Source: an uncultured bacterium (GTDB lineage Bacteria; Myxococcota_A; UBA9042; PHBI01). From it: a stretch of 64,000 nt of DNA. The position numbers were made by a program, and so were the translations under genes. Where the stretch lies: NCBI GenBank assembly GCA_938040325.1, contig CALHXW010000039.1, forward strand, positions 13,513-77,512. Direction: 5' to 3'. This document shows positions 1 to 9,969 of the stretch, piece after piece (within the stretch, counting starts at the first letter, position 1; each line of letters starts with the position of its first letter). The notes under the pieces were generated by a model. It made no database searches. It was not told where the DNA came from and saw only the letters and a list, made by a program, of their open reading frames with translations.

Positions 1-859
1 AGCGGGTACCGAAGAGCCCCAGGTGCGGTCCACCGAACGAGGCCGGCACGCCGAGGCTCTGGCCTTCACCTGCGACAATGTCGGCCCCGAGGCTGCCAGG
101 AGACGCCAGCAGTCCGAAGGCAATGGCCTCCTGGAAGCCGGCAGTGAGCAACGCGCCATGGTCGTGGCAGAGCGCACTGGCGGCCGGGATGTCATCCATC
201 GTGCCGTAAAACGTCGGGTAGCCGACGATCGCGCCTGCAGCGCCGGCGTCGAGCTCGCGCTCGAGGGCTGTCAGATCGGTGGTGCCGGCCGACGTGACCG
301 GCAGCTCCACGTAAGCGGCTCCAGCGTTGCTCACGAAGAGCTCGATCACCTCGCGGTAGTGCGGGTGCAGCGCGCCGGAGACGAGCACACGTGCGTCGTT
401 GCGCTTCTTGACCCGAAGCATCATCAGCGCGGCTTCGGCGCAGGCGGACGCGCCGTCGTAGAGCGACGCGTTGACGACCTCGGTACCCAAGAGCTCACTG
501 ACCATCGTCTGGAACTCGAAGATGATCTGTAGCGTGCCTTGCGCGACTTCCGGCTGGTAGGGCGTGTACGCGGTGTAGAGCTCACCGCGCAGCAAGAGCT
601 GACTCACCGCGGTGGGGATGTGGTGACGGTAGGTGCCGCCACCAAGAAACGACGTCGCCCGCGACGCGGTCGTGTTGCGCTGGGCAAGCTGGCCCATATG
701 CGAGAGCAGGTCGGGCTCGCTCATCGCGCTCGGCACGTCCAAGAGCCCAGCAACACGAAGAGCCTCGGGGATGTCGGCAAAGAGGTCGTCGACGCAGGCG
801 ACGCCGATGGCCTCCAGCATGAACTGACGGTCGGCGTCGGTATGGGGGATGTACCGCAT
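1..859 (-). CDS. gcvPA: Glycine dehydrogenase (decarboxylating) subunit 1 (GcvPA), N-terminal part; the gene continues past the window start
   Basis: Minus-strand ATG at 859..857 overlaps the gcvH stop (TGATG). Hand translation gives [20 protein letters not shown]...TPYQPEVAQGTLQ...ASLYDGASA, typical of the GcvP alpha-subunit N-terminus. The ORF track misses it because it runs off the window edge. Position follows gcvT-gcvH as in the standard operon. Confidence 0.8.
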   Translation of the reverse strand, partial: MRYIPHTDADRQFMLEAIGVACVDDLFADIPEALRVAGLLDVPSAMSEPDLLSHMGQLAQRNTTASRATSFLGGGTYRHHIPTAVSQLLLRGELYTAYTPYQPEVAQGTLQIIFEFQTMVSELLGTEVVNASLYDGASACAEAALMMLRVKKRNDARVLVSGALHPHYREVIELFVSNAGAAYVELPVTSAGTTDLTALERELDAGAAGAIVGYPTFYGTMDDIPAASALCHDHGALLTAGFQEAIAFGLLASPGSLGADIVAGEGQSLGVPASFGGPHLGLFGTR

Positions 860-1248
860 CAGTGGTCCTCGGCCTCAAGGTGCGCCCGGTAGGCATCGGC
901 GTCGAGCAGGCCTTCGGCATCGCCTGTGACCTTGAGCTTGACGATCCAGCCGTCTCCATAGGGCGAGGCATTGACCAGCTCCGGCTCGTCCTCAAGCCGC
1001 TCGTTGATCGCAACGATCTCGCCGGAGAACGGCGCGTACAGATCGGACACGCTCTTGGGCGACTCGACGGTGCCAAACGCATCGCCCTTGTCGACCGTGT
1101 CGCCCACCTCAGGCAGCTCCACCATCACAACGTCACCAAGCTGGGCTTGGGCGAAGTCGGTGATGCCAACGGTCACAACACCGTCGTCACCGGTTTGGGC
1201 CCACTCGTGGTCGGCGGTGTAGCTCAGGTCGTTTTTCACTTCAGCCAT
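859..1248 (-). CDS. gcvH: Glycine cleavage system H protein (lipoyl carrier)
   Basis: 129 aa. Contains the conserved lipoyl-lysine region ([18 protein letters not shown]) of GcvH. Immediately downstream of gcvT. Confidence 0.92.
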   Translation of the reverse strand: MAEVKNDLSYTADHEWAQTGDDGVVTVGITDFAQAQLGDVVMVELPEVGDTVDKGDAFGTVESPKSVSDLYAPFSGEIVAINERLEDEPELVNASPYGDGWIVKLKVTGDAEGLLDADAYRAHLEAEDH

Positions 1249-1261
1249 GACAACCTCGGGA

Positions 1262-2383
1262 TTAGTCGCGGGAGAGGAAGGGTAGCTTGACCACGCGTGC
1301 GCTCTTGGTGCGCCCGCGGCAGTCGATGGTCAGTTCAGTGCCCGTGTCGCTCAGTGCGACAGGGACGTAGCCGAGCGCAATGGCGCGGCCCGTGGTGGGA
1401 GACTTCGTGCCTGATGTCACCGACCCGACGACCGCGCCAGCGTGCGCGATGGGGTAGCCAGGGCGGGGGATGCCGCGCTCGGTCAGCTCGAGTCCAACAA
1501 GCTTTCGGCTGACACCTTTGGCGGCCTGCGCCACCAGCGCGTCACGGCCTACGAAGTCGCCATCGTCGAGCCGCACGACCCACTCCAAGCCTGCTTCCAG
1601 CGGGGTCGTGGTGCGGTCGATGTCGTTGCCGTAGAGAGCGTACGCCATCTCAAGTCGCAGCGTGTCGCGCGCTCCGAGGCCGACTGGGCCAACGCCAAGG
1701 TCGGCTCCCTGCGTCATCAGCGCGTCCCACAGCGCCATCGCGACGCTGTTGGGGGCGTAGATCTCGCCACCGCGCTCGCCGGTGTAGCCGGTCGTGGCAA
1801 AGAGGACGGACGTGCCGGCAAACGTTCGCTCACGGATGCGAAACGGACGCAGCTTCGAGGTCTTGCCGATGACTCGGTCGAGCAGCTCGGTCGCATGCGG
1901 TCCCTGCACCGCGATCTGAGACCAGCTGTCGCTCTCGTCGGTCAGCTCGACATCCCCGCGAAGGTGCTCGCGCATGTGGGCGACGTCGGTGTGTCGGTTG
2001 GACGCGTTGACGCAGATGAGGACGTCGTCGTCGGCAAGGCGGTAGACGATCATGTCGTCGACGATCGTGCCGTCGGGCGCACACATCGCAGTGTACTGGG
2101 CGCGACCGTTGGCGATGCGGTTGAGGTCGTTGGTTGCAAAGCGGTTCGCAGCGGCGAGCGCGTCCTTGCCGCGCAGCCGGACCTCGCCCATGTGGGAGAC
2201 ATCAAAGAGTCCGACTGCCTCGCGCACCCGCGTGTGCTCCGCGACGATTCCGTCGTACTGGATAGGCATCTCGAAGCCTGCGAAGGGCACGAGACGCGCC
2301 TTCAACGCAACGTGGGCGTCGTAGAGCGCGGTGCGAGCGAGTTCGGACACGCTGCCTCCTCTAGGTTTCGTGAGCGGTCGCAC
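1262..2383 (-). CDS. gcvT: Aminomethyltransferase (glycine cleavage system T protein)
   Basis: 373-aa ORF with GcvT hallmarks ([32 protein letters not shown]). The listed start is GTG at 2383. A more typical start is the GTG encoding V12 at about 2350. Confidence 0.92.
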   Translation of the reverse strand: MRPLTKPRGGSVSELARTALYDAHVALKARLVPFAGFEMPIQYDGIVAEHTRVREAVGLFDVSHMGEVRLRGKDALAAANRFATNDLNRIANGRAQYTAMCAPDGTIVDDMIVYRLADDDVLICVNASNRHTDVAHMREHLRGDVELTDESDSWSQIAVQGPHATELLDRVIGKTSKLRPFRIRERTFAGTSVLFATTGYTGERGGEIYAPNSVAMALWDALMTQGADLGVGPVGLGARDTLRLEMAYALYGNDIDRTTTPLEAGLEWVVRLDDGDFVGRDALVAQAAKGVSRKLVGLELTERGIPRPGYPIAHAGAVVGSVTSGTKSPTTGRAIALGYVPVALSDTGTELTIDCRGRTKSARVVKLPFLSRD

Positions 2384-2603
2384 GCGGGACTATAGTGGTG
2401 CGTTTCAGGCTGGGCTACAGGATTCGCACGAGGCAAGCCTAGCCCTAGTTATAGATGCCGGAAGTTTGTTCCTAGGTCCCGACAGGCCGTCGTCGAGGTC
2501 GAGATCCGACGACGCCGACGTGTCGGGACCCTTCAAGAAGTCGGACCGAAGAGATCGGCGATGGACCGTCGAGGAGATAGGAACGAACTTCCGATCTCTG
2601 CAA

Positions 2604-4487
2604 CTAGCTGCCGAACTCGCGCTTGGTGGCCATGCGAAGCCTGCTGGCGAGAACGCCAGCCACCCGCCGTGACACCATGGGGTCGAGCATCGCTGCTTCG
2701 AAGTGCTCGTGCCCAAGGACCCAGCAGGAGGTCGTTCCTTTGGCACGAGCTGCAGCGGTCCGGGTGTTGCCGTCGATGAGTGCTACCTCACCGAAGCAGG
2801 ACGGTGCGTCGAGGGTGTTGAGCACGGTGTCGTTGATCGCGATCTCGATCCTGCCTGACGACAGGAGGTAGAGGGCGTTTGCCTCGTCGCCGTAGCTAAA
2901 GAGGACTTCGCCATCGGTGTAGTGCTCTTGCGACAGCGCAAGCGCCATGCTCACCAGCGCGTGGGCAGGTACATCTGCAAAGAGGCTGATCCGCTTGAGG
3001 TGCGCGATTCGCTCGAGCAGCTCGGCAACCGGACGCGGGAGCGGACGACGACCGTTGCTCGTCGCCACACGCTCGACCGCCTGCAGCCAGCGCTCATCGC
3101 CGAGGACGTCTTCGGGAGAGCTCTCCCCGGTGCCTGCGGCGGCGGCAGCAACGACGGCCTCCGGGGCAAGCTTCATCATGTCGTTCATGATCGCGACGAA
3201 CGTTGGCGCTTGGCTCTCACCTGCAGCGTTGAGGGCTCTAAAGGAGGTCCAATAGAGCTCAGCGGCGCGCGTACGGAGCCGCAGGCTGTCGAGCTTTCCG
3301 TCGAACGCACGCTCGATGGCCTGTGAGGCTGCGTCCACCGCGGCCAGTCGTCCTTCGGATGCCTCGTCGAGGAGCGGGTCGATCCGCTGGACATGGCGCG
3401 AGATCGTCTCCTCGCGGAGTCGCGCCTCGCGGCGTCCGTCGAGGTAGGCCTCGACCCCCTCGAGGAGGTCGCGGACGGAAGGCGGCCGGTCTTCTGGGCG
3501 TCGTGCCAGCGCGCGCATCGTCAGCTCGTCGAGCTCGCGAGGAATCCGTCGGTTGGGGGCGCGACGCGCCGGTGATGGGAAGTCTTCCCAGACGAAAGGG
3601 CCCCCTACGCCAGACGACGCACGCGGCATCGGCAGTTCCGTGGTGAGCAGCTCGTAGAGCAGAACACCCAGCGACCAGATGTCAGCACGCTCATCGAGGA
3701 TGTCCGGATCGGAGCCAGAGGCTTGCTCCGGCGACATGTAGCCTGGGCTGCCGCTCCAGAGCTCTCGCCGCGCCTGGGCTTTACCGCCAGCGCCGAGGAC
3801 TTTCGCGAGACCCCAGTCCGAGACCCACACCTCGCCGAGAGGACCGATGATGATGTTGGCGGGCTTGAGGTCGCAGTGGACCACGCCGCGCTCGTGGCAG
3901 AACACGATCGCACGCAAGATCTGGGCGAAGTACTCGAGGAGTCGGGGGAGGCGAGGCTCCTCAGCGCCCCGCTTTCGTCGGTCGAGGATGCGGTCGAGCG
4001 GCTCACCTTCGAGCCGCTTCATGGTGTAGTAGGGGCCAAAGACCTCGCTGCTGCCGGCGTCGTACACCGGCACGATGTTCGGGTGGTCAAGGGCGCCGGT
4101 AATGACGGCCTCCTCAACGAAAGCGCGCCGCATGATCGGCTCCGCAGCGTGGTGGTCGCGGAGCGTCTTGAGCGCCACGGTGCGGCGTAGCTGACGGTCG
4201 GCCGCTAGCTGGACGGTACCGATGCCGCCGTGGCCGATCACCGCCCCGAGGGCATAACGCTTGTCCCCCTCATCGGTGAGCTTCGGACCGTCTGGGGACA
4301 GACCCGGGTGGAGCGAGTCCCGGCTGTCGCTGATCACCGGCCGTCGCGTCTCATGTGCGCGCCGAATCGGTCGACTCCGGGAACGTTGCCCTAGGTTGCG
4401 CGTGGTGTTCGCGCGCAGGGTCGCGACGACGGAGTCAGAGTCTGAAACCCTGGGCCGTCGCAGGTTCTTTTCGTCATCGATTGCCAC
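2604..4487 (-). CDS. Ser/Thr protein kinase fused to a C-terminal cyclic-nucleotide-binding (CAP-type effector) domain
   Basis: Kinase motifs present: GHGGIGTV, an ALK-type lysine, HCDLKPANIII, DWGLAK, SPE. The C-terminal ~120 aa match a cNMP-binding domain (FGEVALIDGNTRTAAARA). GTG start at 4487. Confidence 0.85.
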   Translation of the reverse strand: MAIDDEKNLRRPRVSDSDSVVATLRANTTRNLGQRSRSRPIRRAHETRRPVISDSRDSLHPGLSPDGPKLTDEGDKRYALGAVIGHGGIGTVQLAADRQLRRTVALKTLRDHHAAEPIMRRAFVEEAVITGALDHPNIVPVYDAGSSEVFGPYYTMKRLEGEPLDRILDRRKRGAEEPRLPRLLEYFAQILRAIVFCHERGVVHCDLKPANIIIGPLGEVWVSDWGLAKVLGAGGKAQARRELWSGSPGYMSPEQASGSDPDILDERADIWSLGVLLYELLTTELPMPRASSGVGGPFVWEDFPSPARRAPNRRIPRELDELTMRALARRPEDRPPSVRDLLEGVEAYLDGRREARLREETISRHVQRIDPLLDEASEGRLAAVDAASQAIERAFDGKLDSLRLRTRAAELYWTSFRALNAAGESQAPTFVAIMNDMMKLAPEAVVAAAAAGTGESSPEDVLGDERWLQAVERVATSNGRRPLPRPVAELLERIAHLKRISLFADVPAHALVSMALALSQEHYTDGEVLFSYGDEANALYLLSSGRIEIAINDTVLNTLDAPSCFGEVALIDGNTRTAAARAKGTTSCWVLGHEHFEAAMLDPMVSRRVAGVLASRLRMATKREFGS

Positions 4488-4891
4488 CCGCTGAGTATAG
4501 ACACGTCATCAGAATCTGCGAGTCCCTTACGCAGACCGTCGTCCTGGCCGGTTGTGCTTTGTTCACGACGGCTGGTCCAAAGGCCGTCGGGCACTGGGCC
4601 GGCAGCCGCTTGTCTGACGTGCGAAGTGCCGGGGCGCTCGGCAGACTTCGGCAGCGGTCGGCCGCTCGCTGAGACGGAAGGGGGGCGTCCCAGCACCTAG
4701 CGCAAGACGTGAACGCTCGTAACCGACCTCGCGGCGTTTGGCTCCGTTTGAAGACTCTGGCGACAGTAACCAACCGTGCGGTGCTCTAGCAGCGTTCGGG
4801 GAATGCAATTCCCGATGACTTCGTGATGCGCACCACTGAGGCAACAACCTCAAGATCACCTTCCCAGAAACCGCATTGCCCGGCAACGCTG

Positions 4892-5749
4892 CTAGCCCCG
4901 CTTCGTCGCACGCTCAGCAGCCTCGACGGTGTTGGCCAAGAGCGACGCAACGGTCATCGGGCCGACACCACCCGGGACCGGCGTGATCATCGCCGCGTTT
5001 GCTGCACCGCTGTCGGCCACGTCTCCGACGATCTCGCCGTTGGGGAGTCGGTTGATTCCGACGTCGATGACAATGGCACCGGGTCGCACCCAGCTAGACG
5101 TCACCAGCCCAGGGATTCCCACCGCGGAGATGAGAATGTCAGCCTGGCGTGCGTGCGCTGCAGAGTCGAGCGTGTGGCGGTGGCAGGTCGTGACCGTCGC
5201 ATTCGCGGCCAAGAGCAACGCGCCCAGCGGTCGGCCCACGATGACGCTGCGTCCCAGAATGACCGCATGACGTCCCTCGATCGGGACGTCGTAGGCACGC
5301 AGGAGATGAAGAATCCCGCGTGGCGTGCACGGGCTCAGTCCGTCCTGGCGTCGGAGGAGGGCTGCCGCGTTGTGAGGATGAAGGCCATCGACATCTTTCG
5401 CCGGATCCAGCCCAGCGATCGTGTGCTGAACGTCGATGTGGTCTGGCAGGGGCAGCTGGACGAGGATACCGTGGACAGCGGGATCGAGATTGAGACCGAC
5501 GATGGCGGCATCCAGCTCCGCTTGGGTGATCGTTGCCGGGAGTCGCACCACCTGAGAGCGGATCGATGACTTGTGGGCCATCCGTTCCTTGATACGCACG
5601 TAGATGGCGCTCGCAGGATGGTCGCCGACCAAGACCACGGCCAGCCCAGGCACGATACCGGCGGCAGCGAGCTTACGCGCGCGGCGCCGAACATCCTTGC
5701 GGAGAGAGCGTGCCACCTGTTTTCCATCGATGATCGTCGGCATAGCCAT
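4892..5749 (-). CDS. folD: Bifunctional 5,10-methylene-THF dehydrogenase / methenyl-THF cyclohydrolase
   Basis: 285 aa. Classic FolD sequence (GLAVVLVGDHPAS..YVRIK, GILVQLPLP, PGGVGPMTVA). Confidence 0.95.
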   Translation of the reverse strand: MAMPTIIDGKQVARSLRKDVRRRARKLAAAGIVPGLAVVLVGDHPASAIYVRIKERMAHKSSIRSQVVRLPATITQAELDAAIVGLNLDPAVHGILVQLPLPDHIDVQHTIAGLDPAKDVDGLHPHNAAALLRRQDGLSPCTPRGILHLLRAYDVPIEGRHAVILGRSVIVGRPLGALLLAANATVTTCHRHTLDSAAHARQADILISAVGIPGLVTSSWVRPGAIVIDVGINRLPNGEIVGDVADSGAANAAMITPVPGGVGPMTVASLLANTVEAAERATKRG

Positions 5750-5808
5750 TCAGCTATGATCCCGGTGGCCGTCGGTCAACCACTGTGCGTCCCGGCTGTC
5801 CCAGCGGC

Positions 5809-6981
5809 TTAGGTGCGGCGATTGTGGCGACCGAATCGCTGATCCGCTTGGCGGGCGAGGGTTGGCAACAGGGCCGCGCCGATCCCGAGCCCGACGCACA
5901 GGCCGCCGAGGTGGGCGCCGTGGTCGACGCCCATGGTGCCGGCGGTTGCGGATACGAGCACGTTCGAGACGAGGATGACCCCACCCACAAGCGTGGCCGT
6001 CGTGTAGCGAAGCGGGATGCGGCCGTAGCGCCTCTGGAACCACAGGCCAACGAAGAGCGCCATGCCCGCGAGCCCGCTGATGGCACCGCTGGCCCCCACC
6101 GTGTCGACAGGCAGATCCATCACGAGACGAAACAGGATGCTGACGAGGCCGCCGCCTACCGCGCAGAGCAGATAGACGCCCAAAAACCGTGCGTGACCGA
6201 GGACTTGCTCGAGGATTTGCCCCACGAGGATCAGCGCAGCCATGTTTAACACGACGTGCTGCCACGCCGGTAAGTGCACGAACGGGTAGGTGAGCAGGGC
6301 CCATGGCCTCGCGAGGTTCGGTGGGAGCGAGAGCGTCTGGTAGATGGCACCGCTCTCGTCGACCCGCTTGAGCAGGACGAACGCTGCGAGCGTGAGGCTG
6401 ACCAAGACCCAGACGACGAACGGGTCTCGGGTGCGGAACATCGCCCGAAAGGCGCGCACCAGCGAACGTTCCGTCTGAACGTCGGCCTGCGCGTCTCGGA
6501 GAGCGACGACCTCGGCCAAAAGATCGAGCCGGTCAACGGCTGCATCCGCCCGCTCGGCGCCGGCCAAGTGGGTCAGCAGCCGACTCCGCGGACGCGTCAG
6601 CAGCGTGCGATGGTGCTTGTCGAGTCGCGCCTGGTCTGCGTCGCTCAACCCCAGGGTGGCGAGGCGCTCAGCGGCTGCCTGCCGAGCTGTGTCCGACAGG
6701 CGTGGGTTGTCCTTCGCTGCTGAGAGTGCGACCGGCGACGCGTCGTCCTTGATATAGGCGAGGACATCGGCGGCTCGACAGGCATCGACACGCTCGCCCC
6801 AGATCCCTCGGAGGTAGTAGGGAAGGCGGTCCCACAGCGCAGATGCGACCGCGGCCCCGGAGAGCCGTGTGAGCTGCGTTGTCTGGCCAGGTGCGGTCGG
6901 ACTGGCCAGTGAGCGGTGTGGTGTGTTGGAGGGAGTCCCCATGCGGCATCGATACCACTTCCCGGCGGTTTCGAAAATCAC
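5809..6981 (-). CDS. Rhomboid-family intramembrane serine protease with a ~190-aa cytoplasmic N-terminal extension
   Basis: C-terminal half has multiple TM helices, the GASGAISG catalytic serine motif and AHLGG histidine. 60 bp upstream of folD on the same strand. The exact start is uncertain (possibly MGTPSN near 6942). Confidence 0.8.
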   Translation of the reverse strand: MIFETAGKWYRCRMGTPSNTPHRSLASPTAPGQTTQLTRLSGAAVASALWDRLPYYLRGIWGERVDACRAADVLAYIKDDASPVALSAAKDNPRLSDTARQAAAERLATLGLSDADQARLDKHHRTLLTRPRSRLLTHLAGAERADAAVDRLDLLAEVVALRDAQADVQTERSLVRAFRAMFRTRDPFVVWVLVSLTLAAFVLLKRVDESGAIYQTLSLPPNLARPWALLTYPFVHLPAWQHVVLNMAALILVGQILEQVLGHARFLGVYLLCAVGGGLVSILFRLVMDLPVDTVGASGAISGLAGMALFVGLWFQRRYGRIPLRYTTATLVGGVILVSNVLVSATAGTMGVDHGAHLGGLCVGLGIGAALLPTLARQADQRFGRHNRRT

Positions 6982-7044
6982 GGCACGACGCGAGGCGGCG
7001 ATGTCACTTTACCTGCCTGGTGCCGCAGTGGTAGCACGCCAGGC

Positions 7045-7710
7045 ATGGACGGATCGTTTTGGCGGCAGCGGTGGGCAGACGGGCGGATCGGCTTTCACGC
7101 CGCGGCGGCCAACCATCATCTGCTCGCTCATGCGGACCGGTTTCTGCCGGAGACGGGCGGCCGTGTCCTTGTGCCGCTCTGCGGCAAGACCGTCGACCTC
7201 ACGTGGCTCTCGGAACGCGGGCATGACGTCGTTGGTGTCGAGCTCGTCGAGAGCGCTGCTGTCGCCTACTTCGCCGAAGCAGGCCACGTCCCGACGGTTG
7301 CCGACATCGGTCCCTACACCGCCTACAGCCATGGCCGAGTCACGATATTGGTCGGCGACTTTTTGGCTCTAACGCCTGCCATCCTTGGGCCGGTCACCCA
7401 CATCTATGACCGGGCCGCCATGATTGCGCTTCCCCCGGCGATGCGGGTTCGCTTCGTTGAGGTGATGCGTCAGCACATGACGCCTGGTGTGACGCTGCTC
7501 TTGCTCACCATGACGTACGACCAGGCCGCTCTCCCGGGCCCTCCGCACTCTGTCGACACCGCCGAGGTGATGCTCGGCTACGCGGATGGCTGCACGGTGG
7601 AGCTGCTCGCCCAAGGCGACGCCGAGTCCATGCCCCCACGTTTTGCGGCCCACACGGTCACGACCAGCGATTGGCTGGTCACCGCCGGGCCTGCCCGCGA
7701 CTTGCGCTAG
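7045..7710 (+). CDS. tpm: Thiopurine S-methyltransferase family protein (Tpm)
   Basis: FWRQRWADGRIGFH...LVPLCGKTVDLTWLSERGHDVVGVE matches the TPMT family N-terminus. The ORF track starts at 6916; I prefer the internal ATG at 7045 (MDGSFWRQRW). Confidence 0.8.
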   Translation: MDGSFWRQRWADGRIGFHAAAANHHLLAHADRFLPETGGRVLVPLCGKTVDLTWLSERGHDVVGVELVESAAVAYFAEAGHVPTVADIGPYTAYSHGRVTILVGDFLALTPAILGPVTHIYDRAAMIALPPAMRVRFVEVMRQHMTPGVTLLLLTMTYDQAALPGPPHSVDTAEVMLGYADGCTVELLAQGDAESMPPRFAAHTVTTSDWLVTAGPARDLR

Positions 7711-7761
7711 CTTTCCGCTCTTAACCGAACAACCGCCGCGATAGCGGCACTGGAGACTTCC

Positions 7762-8253
7762 ATGGCGACGATCACCCTCAAAGGCAACCCCATCGAGACC
7801 AACGGCGATCTGCCGGCCGTCGGCTCAGCAGCCCCTGACTTCAAGCTCGTGAAGACCGACCTCTCGGAGGTCTCGCTCAGCGGACTGTCGGGCAAGACCG
7901 TGCTCAACATCTTCCCAAGCATTGACACGCCGGTCTGCGCGATGAGCGTCCGAGCGTTCAATGAGCGCGCCGCCGCACTCGAGGGCGTCACGGTGCTCAA
8001 CGTGTCCGCCGATCTGCCCTTCGCTCACAAGCGATTCTGCGGCGCCGAAGGCCTCGACAAGGTCGAGTCAGCATCCACGTTCCGTGGCTCGTTCCTCAGC
8101 GACTACGGCGTCAAGATCACGACCGGGCCGCTCGCCGGCGTTGGCGCGCGTGCCGTTGTCATCGTCGCCGACGGCAAGGTCGTCTACAGCGAGCTCGTGC
8201 CTGAGATCGCACAAGAGCCCAACTACGATGCGGCGCTCGCCGTCATCTCGTAG
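7762..8253 (+). CDS. tpx: Thiol peroxidase (atypical 2-Cys peroxiredoxin, Tpx)
   Basis: 163 aa. [10 protein letters not shown]...AAPDFKLV...SIDTPVCA...RFC and C-terminal ALAVIS are a full-length Tpx match. Confidence 0.93.
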   Translation: MATITLKGNPIETNGDLPAVGSAAPDFKLVKTDLSEVSLSGLSGKTVLNIFPSIDTPVCAMSVRAFNERAAALEGVTVLNVSADLPFAHKRFCGAEGLDKVESASTFRGSFLSDYGVKITTGPLAGVGARAVVIVADGKVVYSELVPEIAQEPNYDAALAVIS

Positions 8254-8424
8254 CGAACGCGGCTGAGGTCAGGCTGGAGCCGCTGCTTGGCGGCTTCGGT
8301 GCCTGCACCTTTGCCGACAACGCTACCAGCGCTCGCGCCGCTTCGGTGCTGTAGTCATCGGCGACGCGCACTCTTCGATGTCGGTGCTTGCCGGGCTCGC
8401 GTTGGGGCATACACTTCGACCACG

Positions 8425-9402
8425 ATGCGTCTACCCCGCCGACTCGCGAGCTCTTTGCTCGCCACGTTGCTCGTGTGCTCGACGGCTCTCGCGGCGGTTC
8501 CGGAACCGCCGCCGGCCGCGGGCGCGACCAAGCACATCAAGTTCTTCGCCGACGCCGCGGGCCGTGCCGCTGTGGAGCGCCTGCTTCCCGAAGCGGAAGA
8601 ACGCCTGATGCGCATCTGCAGCCAGCTTGGTGCGTGCGAGCGCATGCGCACGCCGATCCACATCTGGATTAGCGACGATGCCCAAGCGTTCGCTGAGGCA
8701 TTTGGGCACGAGACACCCATGGCGGAGTGGGCGGCTGGGGTCGCCTTCCTCGAGCAGAACCGGATTGCGCTCCGGGCTCACGGTACCGCTCTCTTCTCTC
8801 TCAAAGAGACCTTTGACCATGAGCTGAGTCACCTCATCGTCCACAGCTTTGGCGAGCTCTCGCGGGTTCCACGCTGGCTTAGCGAGGGGCTTGCGATCTG
8901 GCAGTCCGGCGAAGACGTGATCGGCCGACTCGACGCCGCGCACCGCGCCGCGCTGACTGGCAACCTGCTGTCGCTTGACGAGCTGACCGACCGCTTCCCC
9001 AACAAGGGGAGCCGGGTCGCGCTGTCGTATGCGATGAGCGCGCTCTTCGTCCGTCACCTCATCGACAGCGTCGGGCTGGACGTGATGCGGGCGAGCCTCA
9101 ACGACATGAGCGAAGGGCAGCCATGGCAGTCGGCGTTTGAGACCCGAGGAGACCTGTCGGTGACCGAGTCGTTCGAGGACTGGGTCGGGTCGCTCGAGGA
9201 CTCTACGTCTGTGCTGATGCTCTTTCGCGATGGAACGCTCTTTTGGATCCTCATGACGGTGCTCTTCACGATTGTGGCCATGATCGTGGTCCGGGAACGC
9301 AAGTCGCAGCTGGAAGACCTCGGCGATCGAGACGATGCCGAAGAGGCCTTCGATGAGCTACAGGCGCAGCGCGATGCGGGTCTGCCGCCGACCCTGCACT
9401 GA
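8425..9402 (+). CDS. Secreted, C-terminally membrane-anchored HExxH zincin-like protein (putative metallopeptidase, MA-clan-like)
   Basis: Signal peptide MRLPRRLASSLLATLLVCSTALAA. HELSH motif with a downstream Glu (WLSEGLA). Predicted C-terminal TM helix (LFWILMTVLFTIVAMIVV) followed by an acidic tail. The track ORF begins at TTG 8287; the ATG at 8425 gives the signal peptide. Confidence 0.6.
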   Translation: MRLPRRLASSLLATLLVCSTALAAVPEPPPAAGATKHIKFFADAAGRAAVERLLPEAEERLMRICSQLGACERMRTPIHIWISDDAQAFAEAFGHETPMAEWAAGVAFLEQNRIALRAHGTALFSLKETFDHELSHLIVHSFGELSRVPRWLSEGLAIWQSGEDVIGRLDAAHRAALTGNLLSLDELTDRFPNKGSRVALSYAMSALFVRHLIDSVGLDVMRASLNDMSEGQPWQSAFETRGDLSVTESFEDWVGSLEDSTSVLMLFRDGTLFWILMTVLFTIVAMIVVRERKSQLEDLGDRDDAEEAFDELQAQRDAGLPPTLH

Positions 9403-9616
9403 CGCGTTCGCTGGCATCGTGATGGCCGCACCGCAGGCCGGAAGCTCACTCACGGATAGCGCCCCGCGCTGAGGTTTACGCTCGCTCGCTCCCACGCGCG
9501 GGTTACCGGGTGTCGCGGAGTCTGCCTCTCGGATCAACGCCTCTACGTTTGCGTCGACGCCTCTTCGGTTGCGGTAGTGAGGTGCCGTGCCGAAGTCAGC
9601 CGGCTGCGCCGACGGT

Positions 9617-9663
9617 GACTGTCGACAGTCGCCGACAGTCGTCGACAGTCGGTTTCGACAGTC
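9617..9663. repeat. Array of five GACAGTC heptamers spaced 10, 10 and 13 bp apart. The first two form a perfect 14-bp palindrome GACTGTCGACAGTC. Putative upstream activator (enhancer-binding protein) sites
   Basis: Read directly: gGACTGTCGACAGTCgccGACAGTCgtcGACAGTCggtttcGACAGTCt. Helical-turn phasing. Lies about 260-300 bp upstream of the sigma-54-like promoter at 9920. Confidence 0.55.
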
Positions 9664-9919
9664 TGGAGCGCGCAACCGGCTACTGAAGCGACTCGTACTC
9701 GCGGTGCGGCATTCGTGTGATGGGCCGGAGAGCTGGTGCATCGATCCATGCCGTCGCGCGTCGGCAAGAAAGGCTGGATGTGTTTTTGTTTCAGTTGGTT
9801 GCGGGCCTTGCCGGTCGGCGGTCTGCCCTGCCTCCTGGAGCGCGCGACGCTCTCTTGAGGGGCACTCAATGAGCGCCCGAGCGGGCCGAGTCGGGAAGAT
9901 TCCCATTGCCTGTCGGGGT

Positions 9920-9935
9920 TGGTACACCGGTTGCA
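9920..9935 (+). promoter_or_regulatory. Sigma-54 (RpoN)-type promoter TGGTACaccggTTGCA (-24 GG / -12 GC correctly spaced)
   Basis: Matches TGGCAC-N5-TTGCW at 9 of 10 core positions. Located 35 bp upstream of the ATG at 9970, which is preceded by a GGGAGG Shine-Dalgarno. Confidence 0.5.
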
Positions 9936-9969
9936 CTGACAGTGTCGGACCACTTGTCGGGAGGCGAGC

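Noticed and set aside
2384-2603. Canonical glycine riboswitch upstream of gcvT
   Set aside because: I searched the reverse-complemented leader for GGAGAG, ACCGAAGG-GCAA and CUCUCAGG core motifs and found none. Only a generic structured leader is reported.
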